From contig JBLDXI010000001.1 in NCBI GenBank assembly GCA_047495785.1, positions 2,108,001 through 2,172,000 of the forward strand: DNA of 64,000 nucleotides. Direction: 5' to 3'. The DNA comes from Lepidodermella squamata. Its lineage: Eukaryota > Animalia > Gastrotricha. The notes below the pieces were generated by a model. It ran no database searches. It had not been told where the DNA came from and saw only the letters and a list, made by a program, of their open reading frames with translations. Made by a program: the position numbers and the translations under genes. Shown here in pieces: positions 26,245 through 37,885 of this stretch. Position 1 is the first letter of the stretch, and each line of letters begins with the position of its first letter.

Positions 26245-28716
26245 ATGAGCATAGAAGGCAGACGCCGTACTCGTTCTATTGCTAGCATTAGCAGACCACC
26301 AAGCCCTTCCATAAAAGGAAAACATGGAAGAAAGATCTTCAAAAATTTGATAGCAGATCCAGTTGAAGTCATCGTTGACAAGGTGCAAAGTATATTCCCC
26401 GCTGATTCGTGCTGCAGAGTCGACGACTGTCTATACGTAATTTGAATCGCTCTCATTCCATTTTCATCTACTAAATGCGGATTATCGAATAGGTCATCAA
26501 GCTGACATGGGTTCCCCTCACAATCCTGCTAATAGTGTTCATTCAGCTCGGAATAACTGGCCGAGAAGTCGAGGATTTGAGATACGCTCAAGATGATATA
26601 AAGGTAATATTAGTCCAAATAGTAACAGAATTGTATATTTTCCATTTTTGCCACTTAAAGTCTGCTGTTAAACAGCTCAGTGATCTCGATGAGCTGAGCG
26701 ATACGACTAGCAAGGAATTGAGAGCGGTTTTATTGTATACTTTATCGACAGACGATAGAATGGCAACACGGCAACGAAACCTATGGATCCAGACATTCAA
26801 TAATTCTGTAAATGAGGTACTATTTTTCTTATTTTGTCCTAGTTTTCACCATAGCTGACCCGTAGAAGCTGCGGGGCTTCGACGAATGGCCGATACCCAG
26901 CGGTCCGTCAATTCCCAGTTTTTCAACAAGTGCCGAACGCTGGATAAGCGAAATTGAAGCTCATCGTCCTCTAGTTTCACGAGAATCTCGTAACTTCAAA
27001 TGTTTGCGAAACAATATCGGTTAAAATTTCACTTTCTTTGCAGCTCTCGTCGAATTCGATTATTTCACCAATCTCGAGGCTGTCATTTACAAATCACTCG
27101 GGTTATTTCTGCGCAATGTTGACGCAGAAATGAACTGGCCCAATTTCCTGGGATATTGCATGCTGCTGAGCACTCGCTATCGCGTGAAATATCGCAACGA
27201 TGCCTCACCGCTTGGTGGATATGCTGGAAATTTCGGCGGTTCAGGTTTGAGATAGAAATTGCACGCAGCTGTTACAATAGCTTTTTTTTAACAGAGCCGA
27301 AAGCCAAGTCAGTCCACAAAGCATATCAGAAGGGCGTCGTCTCGCCGAAAATGCTACGCGTAGCCGAAATTTTTGATGAAGCAGCTTATGGTTCCGACAA
27401 AAACTACCAGAGCATTGAAGATGGGCTGTCTAACTACCTAAAAATTGCTGAATGGCACTCGAAAGTTCGACCGCAAGAAGCAGTTGAGACCTTGGGGGTA
27501 GTCGACGACACATTCAAGGTTTGGGACGCGCTTTCTTATCGAAGTCTAGCTAGGATTGGAGATGAGTTGGTGAATCATCTGAATTGGAAAAACGAAGAGT
27601 TGGCCAGCACTTATGCCCTTGGTGAGGCTGAAAATTATTATGGAATAATATTACTGCCATGTTTCCACAGACATCGCGGTTGCTGTAATCGCTGTATTTG
27701 CCTGCATCTTCGCTATCATCGGTATGATCGGAATCGGTCACTTTTTCTACACAACTGATGTCAAGAAAAAGATTCTTCAGGTATTATCATTAGATGAGGA
27801 CATTTTTCAAGCATTAAAATCTGAAATGTGAAAATTCAGAGAAGAGCGGAGGAATGTGTTGCTATCGTAAGGCAGAAATCAGAGCACGGTGTGATAGCGA
27901 CGGTTCAAGAAGGGCTTTCTTCCCCGCCGGAGGTTTACGAAGACATCGCAGCTCTAGCTATCAACTTAAAAACGTTCAATGTATGAATGCCCTATTTGCT
28001 TGATTTCTCTGTTATGCGATTATTTTACCAATAGCAATTCATTTTGGACTCGATACCTCAACGGGTTGTCGATCTTCTAAACACTGTGCATGCCGCCGTA
28101 GACAAAGCGGTGAAGATGTACGGATGCCACAAAGCTGAATCCATTGCAGACTGGTATTACATAACATCATTCAGCGAAACCAGTTACTTGACTCTCTTTT
28201 ATCAAGCTTCATTGCAGTTAACTTATCAAACAAATCCGACAACGCTTTGGCGGTAGCTCTCATTGCCGTAGAGGTTGCAGATGCAACGAAAACGGCATTG
28301 ATCGACTGCAGACTTGACGTGCAAATGGGTATTCATTGTGCCAGCTGTTTCGCCAGCTACATCGGGGTCAGAGATTTGAAGTACGAGTTTTTTGGACCAT
28401 CAATCGCCGTAGCAGTGCGCTTGACACAGATTGTATCTGAAGGTTTGCAATAATTTTTACTAAATTCGCTTTCGTTTAATAAGTGTATTACGTAGCGATG
28501 ATTTTGGTAAGCGAGGTAACAAGGGACCGCCTCAACGCCCTGAGTGGGTTCAGCTTCACTTTCCAAACTCACGGCACCATTGCAATCGATGACGACATAA
28601 TGAACGTCTACACTCTGGTCGATGCTCAGGCCAGGCGCACTCCGACGCCACTCTTTGCTGGAACGCCAGTTGGCACCCCTCGCATCATGCGATCACCCTT
28701 TTTCTTCAGCCAATAA
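26245..28716 (+). CDS. Two-TM receptor-type class III nucleotide cyclase with NIT-like extracellular domain, catalytically degenerate (multi-exon)
   Basis: TM1 (VIKLTWVPLTILLIVFIQLG), helical ectodomain with EWP and W..FLGYCMLL motifs, TM2 (IAVAVIAVFACIFAIIGMIGIG). Cyclase motifs VVDLLNTVHAAVD, HKAESIAD, VQMGIHCASC, KYEFFGPSIAVAVRL, ILVSEVT. Some internal exon edges are approximate. Confidence 0.75.
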
Positions 28717-28906
28717 CTCAAAAGCACTCGCATAAGACTCTTTTGTGTGAAAATATGGACTTTATTGTATTTTCTCGTGTTTAGGTGAAACTTATAAACC
28801 ATTCACCTTCATCGTCACAAATATTATTCGCACAACATTTAAGCACTAATAAACAAGTTGAACCACTGTGTGTAGCAGCCGAGTCCGTTCAAAATAAATG
28901 GTTGCA

Positions 28907-31217
28907 TCAAGCGCTGCCCGTGAGCCAATAATGCTGATCCTATTAAAGAGGAAGTCAAATTAGGAATGAGAGATTTAATGTTAAATTTTGGTCATACATC
29001 TCCCAGAATAGGACAGTACTTTCGATCGAGCTTGAACAAGTTTATGGAGTGGATATCGTCCATAAGTTCCTTATAGCAGATCTCATTCACCAAAATATGA
29101 CCGGCTGAAATTCAGATTCGTTGTAGTACACGTGATTGGAAATGATAGGATATATCTTACGTCTAGAACGGCCTCGCACTTCAGCGGATTCGGATAAGGC
29201 ATTTCCAAATATTGTGTACGAGCTAAAGGCCGCGTTGCAATTCAACCCAATCATGGCCGATCCTTTTAATGATCATACTGATCCCAATCCTAATATTCTA
29301 GGTTAATTTCATACCTGTCGCAATCCCGATGGAGACTCCTATCGTGACGTCTTTACCCGTCAAAATCTGCATAGAAGTGACGTATTCCAGCAGAGCAAGT
29401 GCCAGGGAGCCAGCTTTCGATGCATGTTCAAAAATGCGTTTAGGGGCGCCAGCCGCTGCGACGAAGGAGTCGCCATCATTATCGAACAAATGGCAAGAAT
29501 ATTCTTCGCATTTGCTTGTAAAAAGAACGCCCAATTGGTTTATCAAAACGATGCCATCGAGGGCATTTAAGCTGTAGCGCATCATATCAGCGAGGCCAAC
29601 AAGCTGGCAATTCACAACGGTAACTCTACTGTAAAACTCGGTGTAAAGCGGCATGGGATCGCCCGGAGATGTGAAGAAAGGTTTAAAGGCCACAACAGAT
29701 ACAGTCTGGAAAGAATGGTAAATTGAACGAGATCAGTTGTGATTGAACAAAATACCTCGTAGGCCTTTTCGAACTCAAACATTTTGTCGAGCAACTCGTT
29801 ATTTGCGCCTCGCTTTCGATGTAATATCGTTCTAGCATGAATTATTAAGCCGGGCAGCAGAAGGACAAGTAGAACCAGTAACTTAGCAATTTCTGCAAAT
29901 TAACCAAGTTTAGAGACAATTTAATTTAACAGGGAAAGAAATTACCGCCTCCTATATCCAACATCGCTTCATAAATAGCATCTTTTCTCTTCTTCTCAAA
30001 ATCTGAAAACAGCAACTGAACTTCAGCTTCAAGCATATCAATGATCATCGGAAGATCAGGGAGTTTAGCGGATTTGTTGACACCAGAGAGCTGAATATTG
30101 TAAGCATTAACTGCATCCGCAATGGCTGCCTCTTCGGTGTTGCCAATAGTCACAAATTGACCAGCTTCTCGGAAAAATTCTAGCCCATAGCTCAGATAGT
30201 TTGCCGACTGCTCCCGATAATAGACTAGCATTTCATCAGTCCAAGGATAAGTATCAGAGGTATCATCTATACATCAGAGCGTAATCAGAAAAATGGATTC
30301 AAATTGGAAATTCATACTGATCTGTTGTAAAGTGGTGCTCAGTAACTGCGCGATGTTGAAGTATCGAAGCGATCGCAGTGCGAAATGGTAGGCCACTGCT
30401 TGCCTCCAAAATGGTTTCAAGCTGCTGTAAGTGGATATGATGTGCTGTTGAGCATCTAACATCAAATCTGTGAGGCAAGAGTAGAAGTTGGTAATATTGG
30501 AAGCTACAACAACAACAATTCATCATCAGGGCGATTAATTATGGGAAATCCTTACGTTTCAGCGTATTATCTGGAGTACTTCGGAAGGCGAGAATCCTAG
30601 TCGCATCTTGCCGTTTGTTGTTATTAGTAAAAACGAAGTCTTCGATCGCGCATTGATAGAAACGATAGTCAGGCACGAAGTACTCGTACTCAGGAAAATT
30701 CGCGCTTTGATCCGAATAAAGCCACTACGAATCAGAAATATACGACAGTTGAAACCTAGAAAAGCTTATTTACTTGATCGAATTCTGATTGCCGCCATTC
30801 CACGTTTCGTTTGAAATAACCATCCTGAGGGTTGAGAAAGCTCTGAATTCTCGCGTTCATTTCTTGGTGCCCGAATGCGATCAACGTCTCAATATCTGCT
30901 AGAGCTGTTTTCACTTTCAGCGTGTCAGTCCAATAAGTCCAGACTAAGCTCCGATGACGGTCCAACACTATTGAAGAGCGAATTACAGCGATTAGCAGCA
31001 TCACGGAGATCGAGAGCAGTAGCAAGTGAAAAAAGACGACGAAACGCGATTTCGTCGGAACACGATCGTCGAGCTCGAGAAAATTCGGCTCCTTCCTCTC
31101 GTTATCTCTACATGGCAGAGCAGCTTGAATGGTATCAAGTGGATGTACGGAACAGCACGTTGGTGGGGTGATTTTCAGTTTTTTCTGCAAGTGTTTTAGC
31201 AGTTGTGTTCTGTTCAT
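28907..31217 (-). CDS. Second two-TM NIT-like receptor cyclase, catalytically degenerate (multi-exon), convergent with the first
   Basis: TM1 (FVVFFHLLLLSISVMLLIAVI), WRQAVAYHFAL ectodomain motif, TM2 (LLVLLVLLLPGLII). Cyclase motifs EFYSRVTVVNCQLVGL, DNDGDSFVAAAGAP, SIGIATG, YTIFGN, PGHILVNE. Last exon DQHYWLTGSA*. Confidence 0.75.
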
Positions 31218-31363
31218 GATTATAACTTGAAAGATTTTCGATTATGCGAAACGCTGAATCTTTCTAATCGCTATGCTGCAGAATGCACCTGGACGTGGAT
31301 TACCTCGACTAATTAAGGTTGGCCATTTTGTTATATAAAAACAAAAACACGTTATTTTTATTG

Positions 31364-31966
31364 CTAATCAGAGTAATATCTTCTCTTCGCTTCAATAATG
31401 CGGTTTCTTATAGCTTTTGTGTACGCTAGATCAATGGCAGTTTTGCCGTCAACATTTGCCAGGCGAAGGTCGGCGCCGAAAGAAATTAAAATATCGACGG
31501 CTTCGTAATAGCCGTTTTGAGCCGCAAACATGAGCGCTGTAAAGCCTGTTTGCGCTATCTTGGCATTAACATGAGCCTGGCGCCGCAACAACACCTCGAG
31601 AACCTCGACATGGCCACGGGAAGCTGCAGCCATAAGAGCTGTATTGCCGAATTCAGTTGTAGCATTGACTTTCGCTCCAGCATTGATCAGCATTTCGCAG
31701 ACGAGAGAATTCCCGTTGTAACTTGCAGCCATGAGTGCTGTATAGCCTAGGGTTTCGACCGATTTGTTTGGATCGACGCCATCCGCCAACAAGTTAGCGA
31801 CTCTGAGACGATCATCCGAACTTGCTGCTGTCCATAAAGAAGCTAAAGGGTCTACTGGTTGCATGACGAATGCAGAGTCTAACGTGGTGTCTTCATATTC
31901 ACGCTGCTCCCCTCTGCCAACGCCAACGTCAGTATGCAACACAGATTTTGCCATGACAAGTAACAA
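31364..31966 (-). CDS. Small ankyrin-repeat protein (3-4 repeats), single exon
   Basis: GYTALMAASYNGNSLVCEMLINAGAKVN, GNTALMAAASRGHVEVLEVLL, GFTALMFAAQNGYYEAVDILISFGAD, GKTAIDLA. Confidence 0.9.
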   Translation of the reverse strand: MLLVMAKSVLHTDVGVGRGEQREYEDTTLDSAFVMQPVDPLASLWTAASSDDRLRVANLLADGVDPNKSVETLGYTALMAASYNGNSLVCEMLINAGAKVNATTEFGNTALMAAASRGHVEVLEVLLRRQAHVNAKIAQTGFTALMFAAQNGYYEAVDILISFGADLRLANVDGKTAIDLAYTKAIRNRIIEAKRRYYSD

Positions 31967-32064
31967 AGCATAGTTCTTTCGTGAATAATAACCCGAGCAC
32001 GCATAACAGATGGTTTTCTTATCGCAAGCAAAACATGTGCACTCGAGATAAAGAAATTAATATA

Positions 32065-32622
32065 TCAACCACGAGGCCTTTTCTTCTTCTTCACTCGAGC
32101 TGCTGGTTTGGTAATAGTATTCGTTTCGTTGAACAGATTATTAATCGAATTGATAACATCGGTAAGACCATCAACAATGTCTAGAAAATCGTTGGTTAAA
32201 AACGAGCAAGCATTAACACAGATTGTTCTGTTTTTGACGTGATATACTTTGATGCCAATCATTGAAATTAGCGCTGAAGCTATGAAGAGGCTACAGCTCG
32301 AAAGAATATGAGCGGTTCGATTGTACTTTTCATACGTGGTCCAAAGTTTATTTTTGTATGCTCTTTTCGCTTTCCTGGCGAAAATTACAGCAGGTATTCC
32401 GAGAAATGGGTTGACTATTGCACTGATAAGGCAAATGCAAAGGAAAGCGTTGTCGTAATCAGCAGCTTCTTGCTCGAAATAATCATCGGTTTCTTTCATG
32501 ATTTCCACGGGCTCGGCATCTCCTAAAGATCGCGGGATCGGTAATACAGGGTCAGACTTGGATCTGACGAGTCGAATGGGCACTGAATTAGTCATCACTG
32601 AGTCCCTGTGATGGAGTAACAT
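32065..32622 (-). CDS. CD225/dispanin (IFITM/PRRT-like) membrane protein
   Basis: YDN..CICLISAIVNPFLGIPAVIFARKAKRAY..K.W...A.ILS pattern followed by a TM helix. Paralogue at 33.8 kb. Confidence 0.75.
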   Translation of the reverse strand: MLLHHRDSVMTNSVPIRLVRSKSDPVLPIPRSLGDAEPVEIMKETDDYFEQEAADYDNAFLCICLISAIVNPFLGIPAVIFARKAKRAYKNKLWTTYEKYNRTAHILSSCSLFIASALISMIGIKVYHVKNRTICVNACSFLTNDFLDIVDGLTDVINSINNLFNETNTITKPAARVKKKKRPRG

Positions 32623-32645
32623 GGATATCAGATGAGCAGACAGTT

Positions 32646-33596
32646 TTAAGATTTCAACCTTGTCGGAAGTTGAGCTGCACTGTTAGTTTTCTCCGCCTTC
32701 CGCTTGTTATACCTCAGACCAGTTTGGGATTTCGTAGACGCTCGGGCTCTGGAAAAAGAAGTAAATTTAGTTATCATGCGTTACAACCAACTCGAATACC
32801 TTCTAGAGCGCTGGAATAAAGTGGCCCTCGCCATGGGAGTCTCATCATCGATATTCTCCGTGCTTTCAACAGCTGCTCTCTGGGAAGTTGAACTGCTGAA
32901 TCTGTCGTTATGGTTAAAAAACCGATCTAAAAGGCATAAGTATCGTTACCTCAGGGATTTCGCACGACGGAAATTTTCAGAATTTGGAGCATCCGTTGAA
33001 TCCACAGAAGAAACATGCGCACTCGCGCTCCGCGACCTGTATAGTCCAGTGATACGGGAACCTGAAGAGCTCGGGGCGAATCCCTCGTCATCCCCCGTCC
33101 TGGTTACATTAAAGAACATCAGATGAAATAAAATCGACGCAGGTGGCATACTTGGATCGGAACGTAGGACTCGCAATTTTATCAACCAGATCGTACATTA
33201 ATAAGAGTGATGACCACCTATCTTGCGTTACACAGGGCCTGAAGAATTCAGTCCTATAAGATAAATTGTTAATTGGATGGATACATCTTTTACTCAGCTT
33301 GCTACCTGTAACATCGGTTTTCGTTAATTTCTCTGGACGACAAGGTGCGCTGCGATAGCTCAGAGTTGAATGTTCCAAGAATAGACTCGTTCTCTTTTAG
33401 CAATCTTATTTCGGAACCACTGAAAGAAGCTGGGAAATCTTGCCTGGTGATTTTACCAAATTTAGATCAGGGATTAAAAAGAACAACTGCAAAAATACTT
33501 GTGTGGAGTTTTGATGGGTGTGACTGTTGTGTAAGAAGTACTGTAGTCTATAACATTGAATCGAACTTCGCCAAATCGTTGCAGAGGTGTTGCCAT
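32646..33596 (-). CDS. Orphan Ser/Arg-rich multi-exon protein (about 217 aa; exons 33596-33499, 33443-33306, 33253-33152, 33099-32950, 32895-32800, 32748-32713, 32679-32646)
   Basis: Six GT-AG introns, all phase 2, join into one open frame ending SAAQLPTRLKS*. No recognisable domain. The start is uncertain and the last intron is only 33 nt. Confidence 0.45.
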
Positions 33597-33833
33597 TTCA
33601 GGGACGACATTAGAGTTCGAAAACTACGCAACTCAAGTAAAGAGGACAATTTTCGACGCTGGAGTAAATTAATTCTCCTGTTTTCACATCCACCATCTTT
33701 ATTATGATAACAATGACACAGTTTTTCGTAGAAAAAAACAATCATCACAGTGTTCATATCGCGTTCCAACAGACAATAGTGTAAGATAATACGTACTTAT
33801 AATTTCATCATCTATGAAATTGTCCCTAGTGTC

Positions 33834-34352
33834 TTACTCATTTCGTTGTTGTTCAATTTGCCTCTGGATATCCTGCATATGCTTTTGAAAGTCAAAAACT
33901 TCATTTGTAAGAAATGAGCATTTCATTCCACAGATGGCGCCGCTGATAACGTGGTAAAGCTTGATGCCAGCCATTGCTGCAGCGAATGAGCTGATGAAGA
34001 AGCCGACGCAGGTGAGGACATGAGCCCCGAGCGCAAAACGCTCAAAAGTAGTCCATCTTCTTTCCAAATAAGCTCTTTTACTGCGCTTAACCAGAAGAAT
34101 CGCAGGTATCCCGAGAAAAGGGTTGACGATTGCGCAAACTATAGAAATAATGAAAAGACTGTTGTCGTACTCCTCGATATCGACCTCCGTTTTCGAAGCA
34201 GCTTTTGGTATTGCCAGCTCGTCATAAATCGTCGATTTGGAGAGTAAGGCAGAGTCAGATTTCTGCCGCCGAAGACGAGCAGCATCCGACTTCTTTGCAA
34301 GCGGCTGAACCGGGGAACTTGCTGAAATAATTTCCTCAGTCTTGTCTACCAT
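33834..34352 (-). CDS. CD225/dispanin membrane protein, paralogue of 32065-32622
   Basis: EYDNSLFIISIVCAIVNPFLGIPAILLVKRSKRAYLERRWTTFE; shared GIK.YHV...IC...CSFLTN tail. Confidence 0.78.
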   Translation of the reverse strand: MVDKTEEIISASSPVQPLAKKSDAARLRRQKSDSALLSKSTIYDELAIPKAASKTEVDIEEYDNSLFIISIVCAIVNPFLGIPAILLVKRSKRAYLERRWTTFERFALGAHVLTCVGFFISSFAAAMAGIKLYHVISGAICGMKCSFLTNEVFDFQKHMQDIQRQIEQQRNE

Positions 34353-34533
34353 TTTTCATGAGAATGCAAGCCATTCTTTTAGAGACGGCAACACGGCTCG
34401 GAAAAACCATGTTTACTCACGTTCAAACTTCACATTTCATATGCATATTTGGCTTTGTTACGCAAATATCACGCCGCATATGAAAAGAGCGTTTACTCAT
34501 GCTACAAAATGCGAGGCGCTTTTTATTATAATA

Positions 34534-35030
34534 TCACAAAAATTTCATCGCAGTCTCTAAATGCGTTACAGCGGCCTGAAAAATCTGAAGTTTAGCATCT
34601 TCATCGCCTATGTGGCCGTGCTCAAAAACGACAGTTTTCGCACTCAACAATTTTTGCAAGCTCTTCCTGCTTTTTTTCGGGGGATCAGTTTGTCCTTCTT
34701 TGTAACATGTACTCTCGATCACCGAATGCCCGCCGCGAGTCGTAGTGAGCCAGCCACATATGAGCACACATTTCGCTTTGAGTTTTCGGGTGAAAACGAG
34801 GCCGGTAGCAAAACATCACGAACCATTCCTTCTGGATTAGATTCGATAAAGACCGGCATTCAGGTAGACCAAGCTCTGGTTCCTCCGAGAATTCCAAGCG
34901 GTCGAAAAGCTGAGCCTCGTGAGGTGACAGCTAGATACAGTGATTTCAAGCGATTCATCATAACTAGTTTGGTCGCGAACTGAAGGGCGATCATTCCACC
35001 CAGACTGGCGCCGTAATGTTTGCATCGGCT
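34534..35030 (-). pseudogene. Alpha/beta-hydrolase pseudogene fragment
   Basis: Nucleophile elbow YGASLGGMIALQFA..RLKSLYLAVT, an in-frame TGA at 34860, then frameshifts, then a C-terminal LQKLLSAKTVVFEHGH (catalytic His region) in another frame. Confidence 0.6.
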
Positions 35031-35746
35031 TCGTCTTCGGTATGTCAGGTAAAGGCGGTTCTCAATGAACAATCACCAAAATTTTCGGCTGCTTACTTTC
35101 TAATTCTTTGGAAGCCACGTTTGCAAGTATTTGCGCCAGAGGAGTAAATTCTTGGGAAGATGACGGCAGTTCGAAGGATTGTGGTGTTGGAACGTCAGCT
35201 GGAACAAACTGAATGGATGAGCCCTCCAAACTTTCAGCTGCAATTTCGACTTCACCTTCAAAATCAAAGTTAAACAATTTCTTCCAGTAGGCCGATCGCT
35301 CTTCGTCTTTCAGGTGGTCATACGCTTTTGCGGATGACAAGGCTAGCTTACGCGCTCGAACCTGAGTGGATCCATTTCGGATAATACGGCGGTTCTGCTT
35401 CCAAGACTCGATCAAATCGAACTGTTGAGCACTACTAACTTTTTTAGGCCTTCCTAGAGTCTCAAGAGACCTTCTTCATATGGAATTTTCAATATTTTAA
35501 AGCCCGATTTGCTTTCTCTATCGAAACGGCCTATTGGGAAAATGTTCTGAGCAGCTTAAGCTATCACCCTATTTTCAGAATTCGGAATTCGTTTATGTCC
35601 ATCGATCGATGAAAATAAGACAAAAGACGCCACAACTGGAGTGAAAGAATGGAATAGAGATGTTTTGAGGCTAGATTTTTTATTTTTGCAAAGTTTTAAG
35701 GCTGGAATTCTATCGGAAAATTTCTAGACTAGTTACAAAGCTAATT

Positions 35747-36142
35747 TCAGATGTCACAAATATCTGCATCTCGCAGAACTTGGTTGAATTGTTTTCTCTG
35801 ACTAGCGGCACTGCTGCGGATCTGAGGCGACAATGCTTGAGGAGACTGGTAGATCAGCTTGTGCTGCCATGTCGGCGTAGCACAAGGCGAAGCGCAAGCA
35901 GCTTGAGCAGCTCTTCGATCCAACTTTTCCATGATCCGCCGTTCAAACGTGCATTTCATCCAGGAAAACAGCGCGATGAGGAGGCCTAACAGTACCAGCA
36001 GACCGACGACTATAGTCAACTGAAAAATCAGCGTAATGTCCTTGCAAAATAGGCTCAGATCGAACGAGGAAGTCGCATTTGTTGAATTGATGCTATCAAA
36101 GGTTGAATTTGTCAAGTTCAGGCTAATGTGGTAATCAGCCAT
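35747..36142 (-). CDS. Small single-pass membrane protein (N-glycosylated N-terminus, no signal peptide)
   Basis: Four NxS/T sequons (NLT, NST, NST, NAT), a long hydrophobic helix (LIFQLTIVVGLLVLLGLLIALFSW) and a cytoplasmic tail. Confidence 0.65.
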   Translation of the reverse strand: MADYHISLNLTNSTFDSINSTNATSSFDLSLFCKDITLIFQLTIVVGLLVLLGLLIALFSWMKCTFERRIMEKLDRRAAQAACASPCATPTWQHKLIYQSPQALSPQIRSSAASQRKQFNQVLRDADICDI

Positions 36143-36427
36143 TTCGATATATGTGAGCTATATCAGTAATGAGGAAGAGTGGAACAATTTATAAATTATT
36201 TAGAGCCAGAGCAAGTACAAAATACAAAATGCACCTGTTGTAATAATGACAGCTCATCACACTAAAAGGATCATTAGTATTCACAAAATAGACAAGCGCG
36301 ATGGGAAAGCTAAGGATGACACATCACTAACTGCGCTATGATCTAATATTAGTCATTCGAATTCGGTTGAAGTTCGAAAAATACTTGAAAATTATGAAAA
36401 AAAGTTACATTTTTACAGGATATTAAC

Positions 36428-36838
36428 GGGTCCAAATATTTGCACCCCTAAAAATGAGGTTCCATCACTAAATTTGTCAGTTTCTTAGCGATTTCGGCGT
36501 TTTCGTTTTTTGATACTGGTGCATTCCCTGAACCTGGGATTTTTTAGTTTAGCTACCTGGTGCCTTAAGCTACATAGAAAACTTATTGATGCTGGGTTCC
36601 ACGACGGCTGATATCGGGAAAATCACTGATTTGGGAAATCGATACTTGGAATCGATATCGGCTCTATAAGATGAAGTATAATTCGTTAACTGACCGCTCA
36701 TAGCGCGAAATACGCGTATCTAATATGAAGGCCTATCGGTTAGGTAAAATGAGATTCTAGTGAAGACTAGAACCTCGAAAAACCATATTTAAGGGCAATC
36801 TAGTGCTGGAGTCACAATACTGCGCACTTGGCACACCC
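36428..36838. mobile_element. Copy of the ~400-bp dispersed MITE family
   Basis: Colinear with 11666-12578 (minus the nested insert) and with 47687-48130 in reverse; GGGT...ACCC ends. Confidence 0.75.
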
Positions 36839-37426
36839 GATATTAACCAAATTTCATTACTCTGCGCCGAATCCTAATAAAAAATTGAATAATTTTGAAA
36901 TATTTTTCATCTTCATTACTATAATGTGAAATAATGAAGATCAACAGGTAACGAAATGCTGGATTTATTTCGAACCTGGATTTGATGAAAGTCTATAATT
37001 AGACGAGTCGAAAAAATCCTAGAAAAATTGAAATTGCCATGTGAATGGTAATCAAGCATGCGTCACTTGTCAATGCGAATCCGGAATCTGAAGATACTAG
37101 CTTCACGGGCTGGAATACCGAAAATTACCGGGGTTTTCCGTGTTATTTTCCGTTGCGTTTTAATTTCTTCATTGAAATCCCGCATTATTTTTGCCGTAAT
37201 TTAAAAAATTCAATAAATACCTACTTGTGTGTCATTATGCCATAGAAAATACAGCTTTAATAATGCCGTTTAATGCCGCATCACAGAGGTTCTAAAAGCT
37301 GGAAGTTCGGGAATACGACAAAAAGAAGTAAAACATCTTCAAATGTTTTATTTTATATGGCAACAAAATTTCTTGCTGAAGGACTGAGATAGATAAAACG
37401 AATTCAATTATATATAAACAAAAGTT

Positions 37427-37885
37427 CTATTCACTGGTTATTCTGCTGTTGTTCAGGTAAAGACAAGCATCCGAGCCCTGGCTACAGCTTGTGAGCTGAG
37501 CCCGCCAACAAGTTCCGGCGCATTTTATGCCGCAATTTCGCATCAAACACACAGATGTACAGCCGTTCCAACACGGCGAAGAAAATAACGCAACCGCGTA
37601 GAAGACAACAAACATGACCAGAAACGATAGACTGAGGCAAAGCGTTAATTTGAAACACCGGCGCGAAGGCGGAGGTCGGTGAAGCTGAACAGCAGGATGT
37701 GCCTCCCGAAGCCATAATACTTGATCCGATTCTTCGTCGTCACCGCCGAGATGATTGATTTTATCGCTTTCGATTGATTTGTTAAGGAGGTTTTGCTGGT
37801 TGAAGGATGGCTTGCGTTTTTTCCGCGATTTTTCATCCTCCAGGAGAGGCTCAAAATCTTCATCGCCATTAAATGATCGCATCAT
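37427..37885 (-). CDS. Small type II membrane protein with C-terminal 8-Cys domain (family member 1)
   Basis: Cytosolic N-terminus with EDFEPLL, one TM, then SPCWNGCTSVCLMRNCGIKCAGTCWRAQLTSCSQGSDAC. Homologous to three ORFs at 59.6-63.1 kb. Confidence 0.75.
   Translation of the reverse strand: MMRSFNGDEDFEPLLEDEKSRKKRKPSFNQQNLLNKSIESDKINHLGGDDEESDQVLWLREAHPAVQLHRPPPSRRCFKLTLCLSLSFLVMFVVFYAVALFSSPCWNGCTSVCLMRNCGIKCAGTCWRAQLTSCSQGSDACLYLNNSRITSE

Noticed and set aside
29896-29915. AATTAACCAAGTTTAGAG resembling nematode SL1
   Set aside because: Several mismatches, no following GT donor or Sm site, and it lies in an intron of the opposite-strand gene.
34860-35064. In-frame TGA codons as selenocysteine or readthrough
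   Set aside because: Accompanying frameshifts indicate pseudogene decay, and other genes in the window use TGA as a normal stop.
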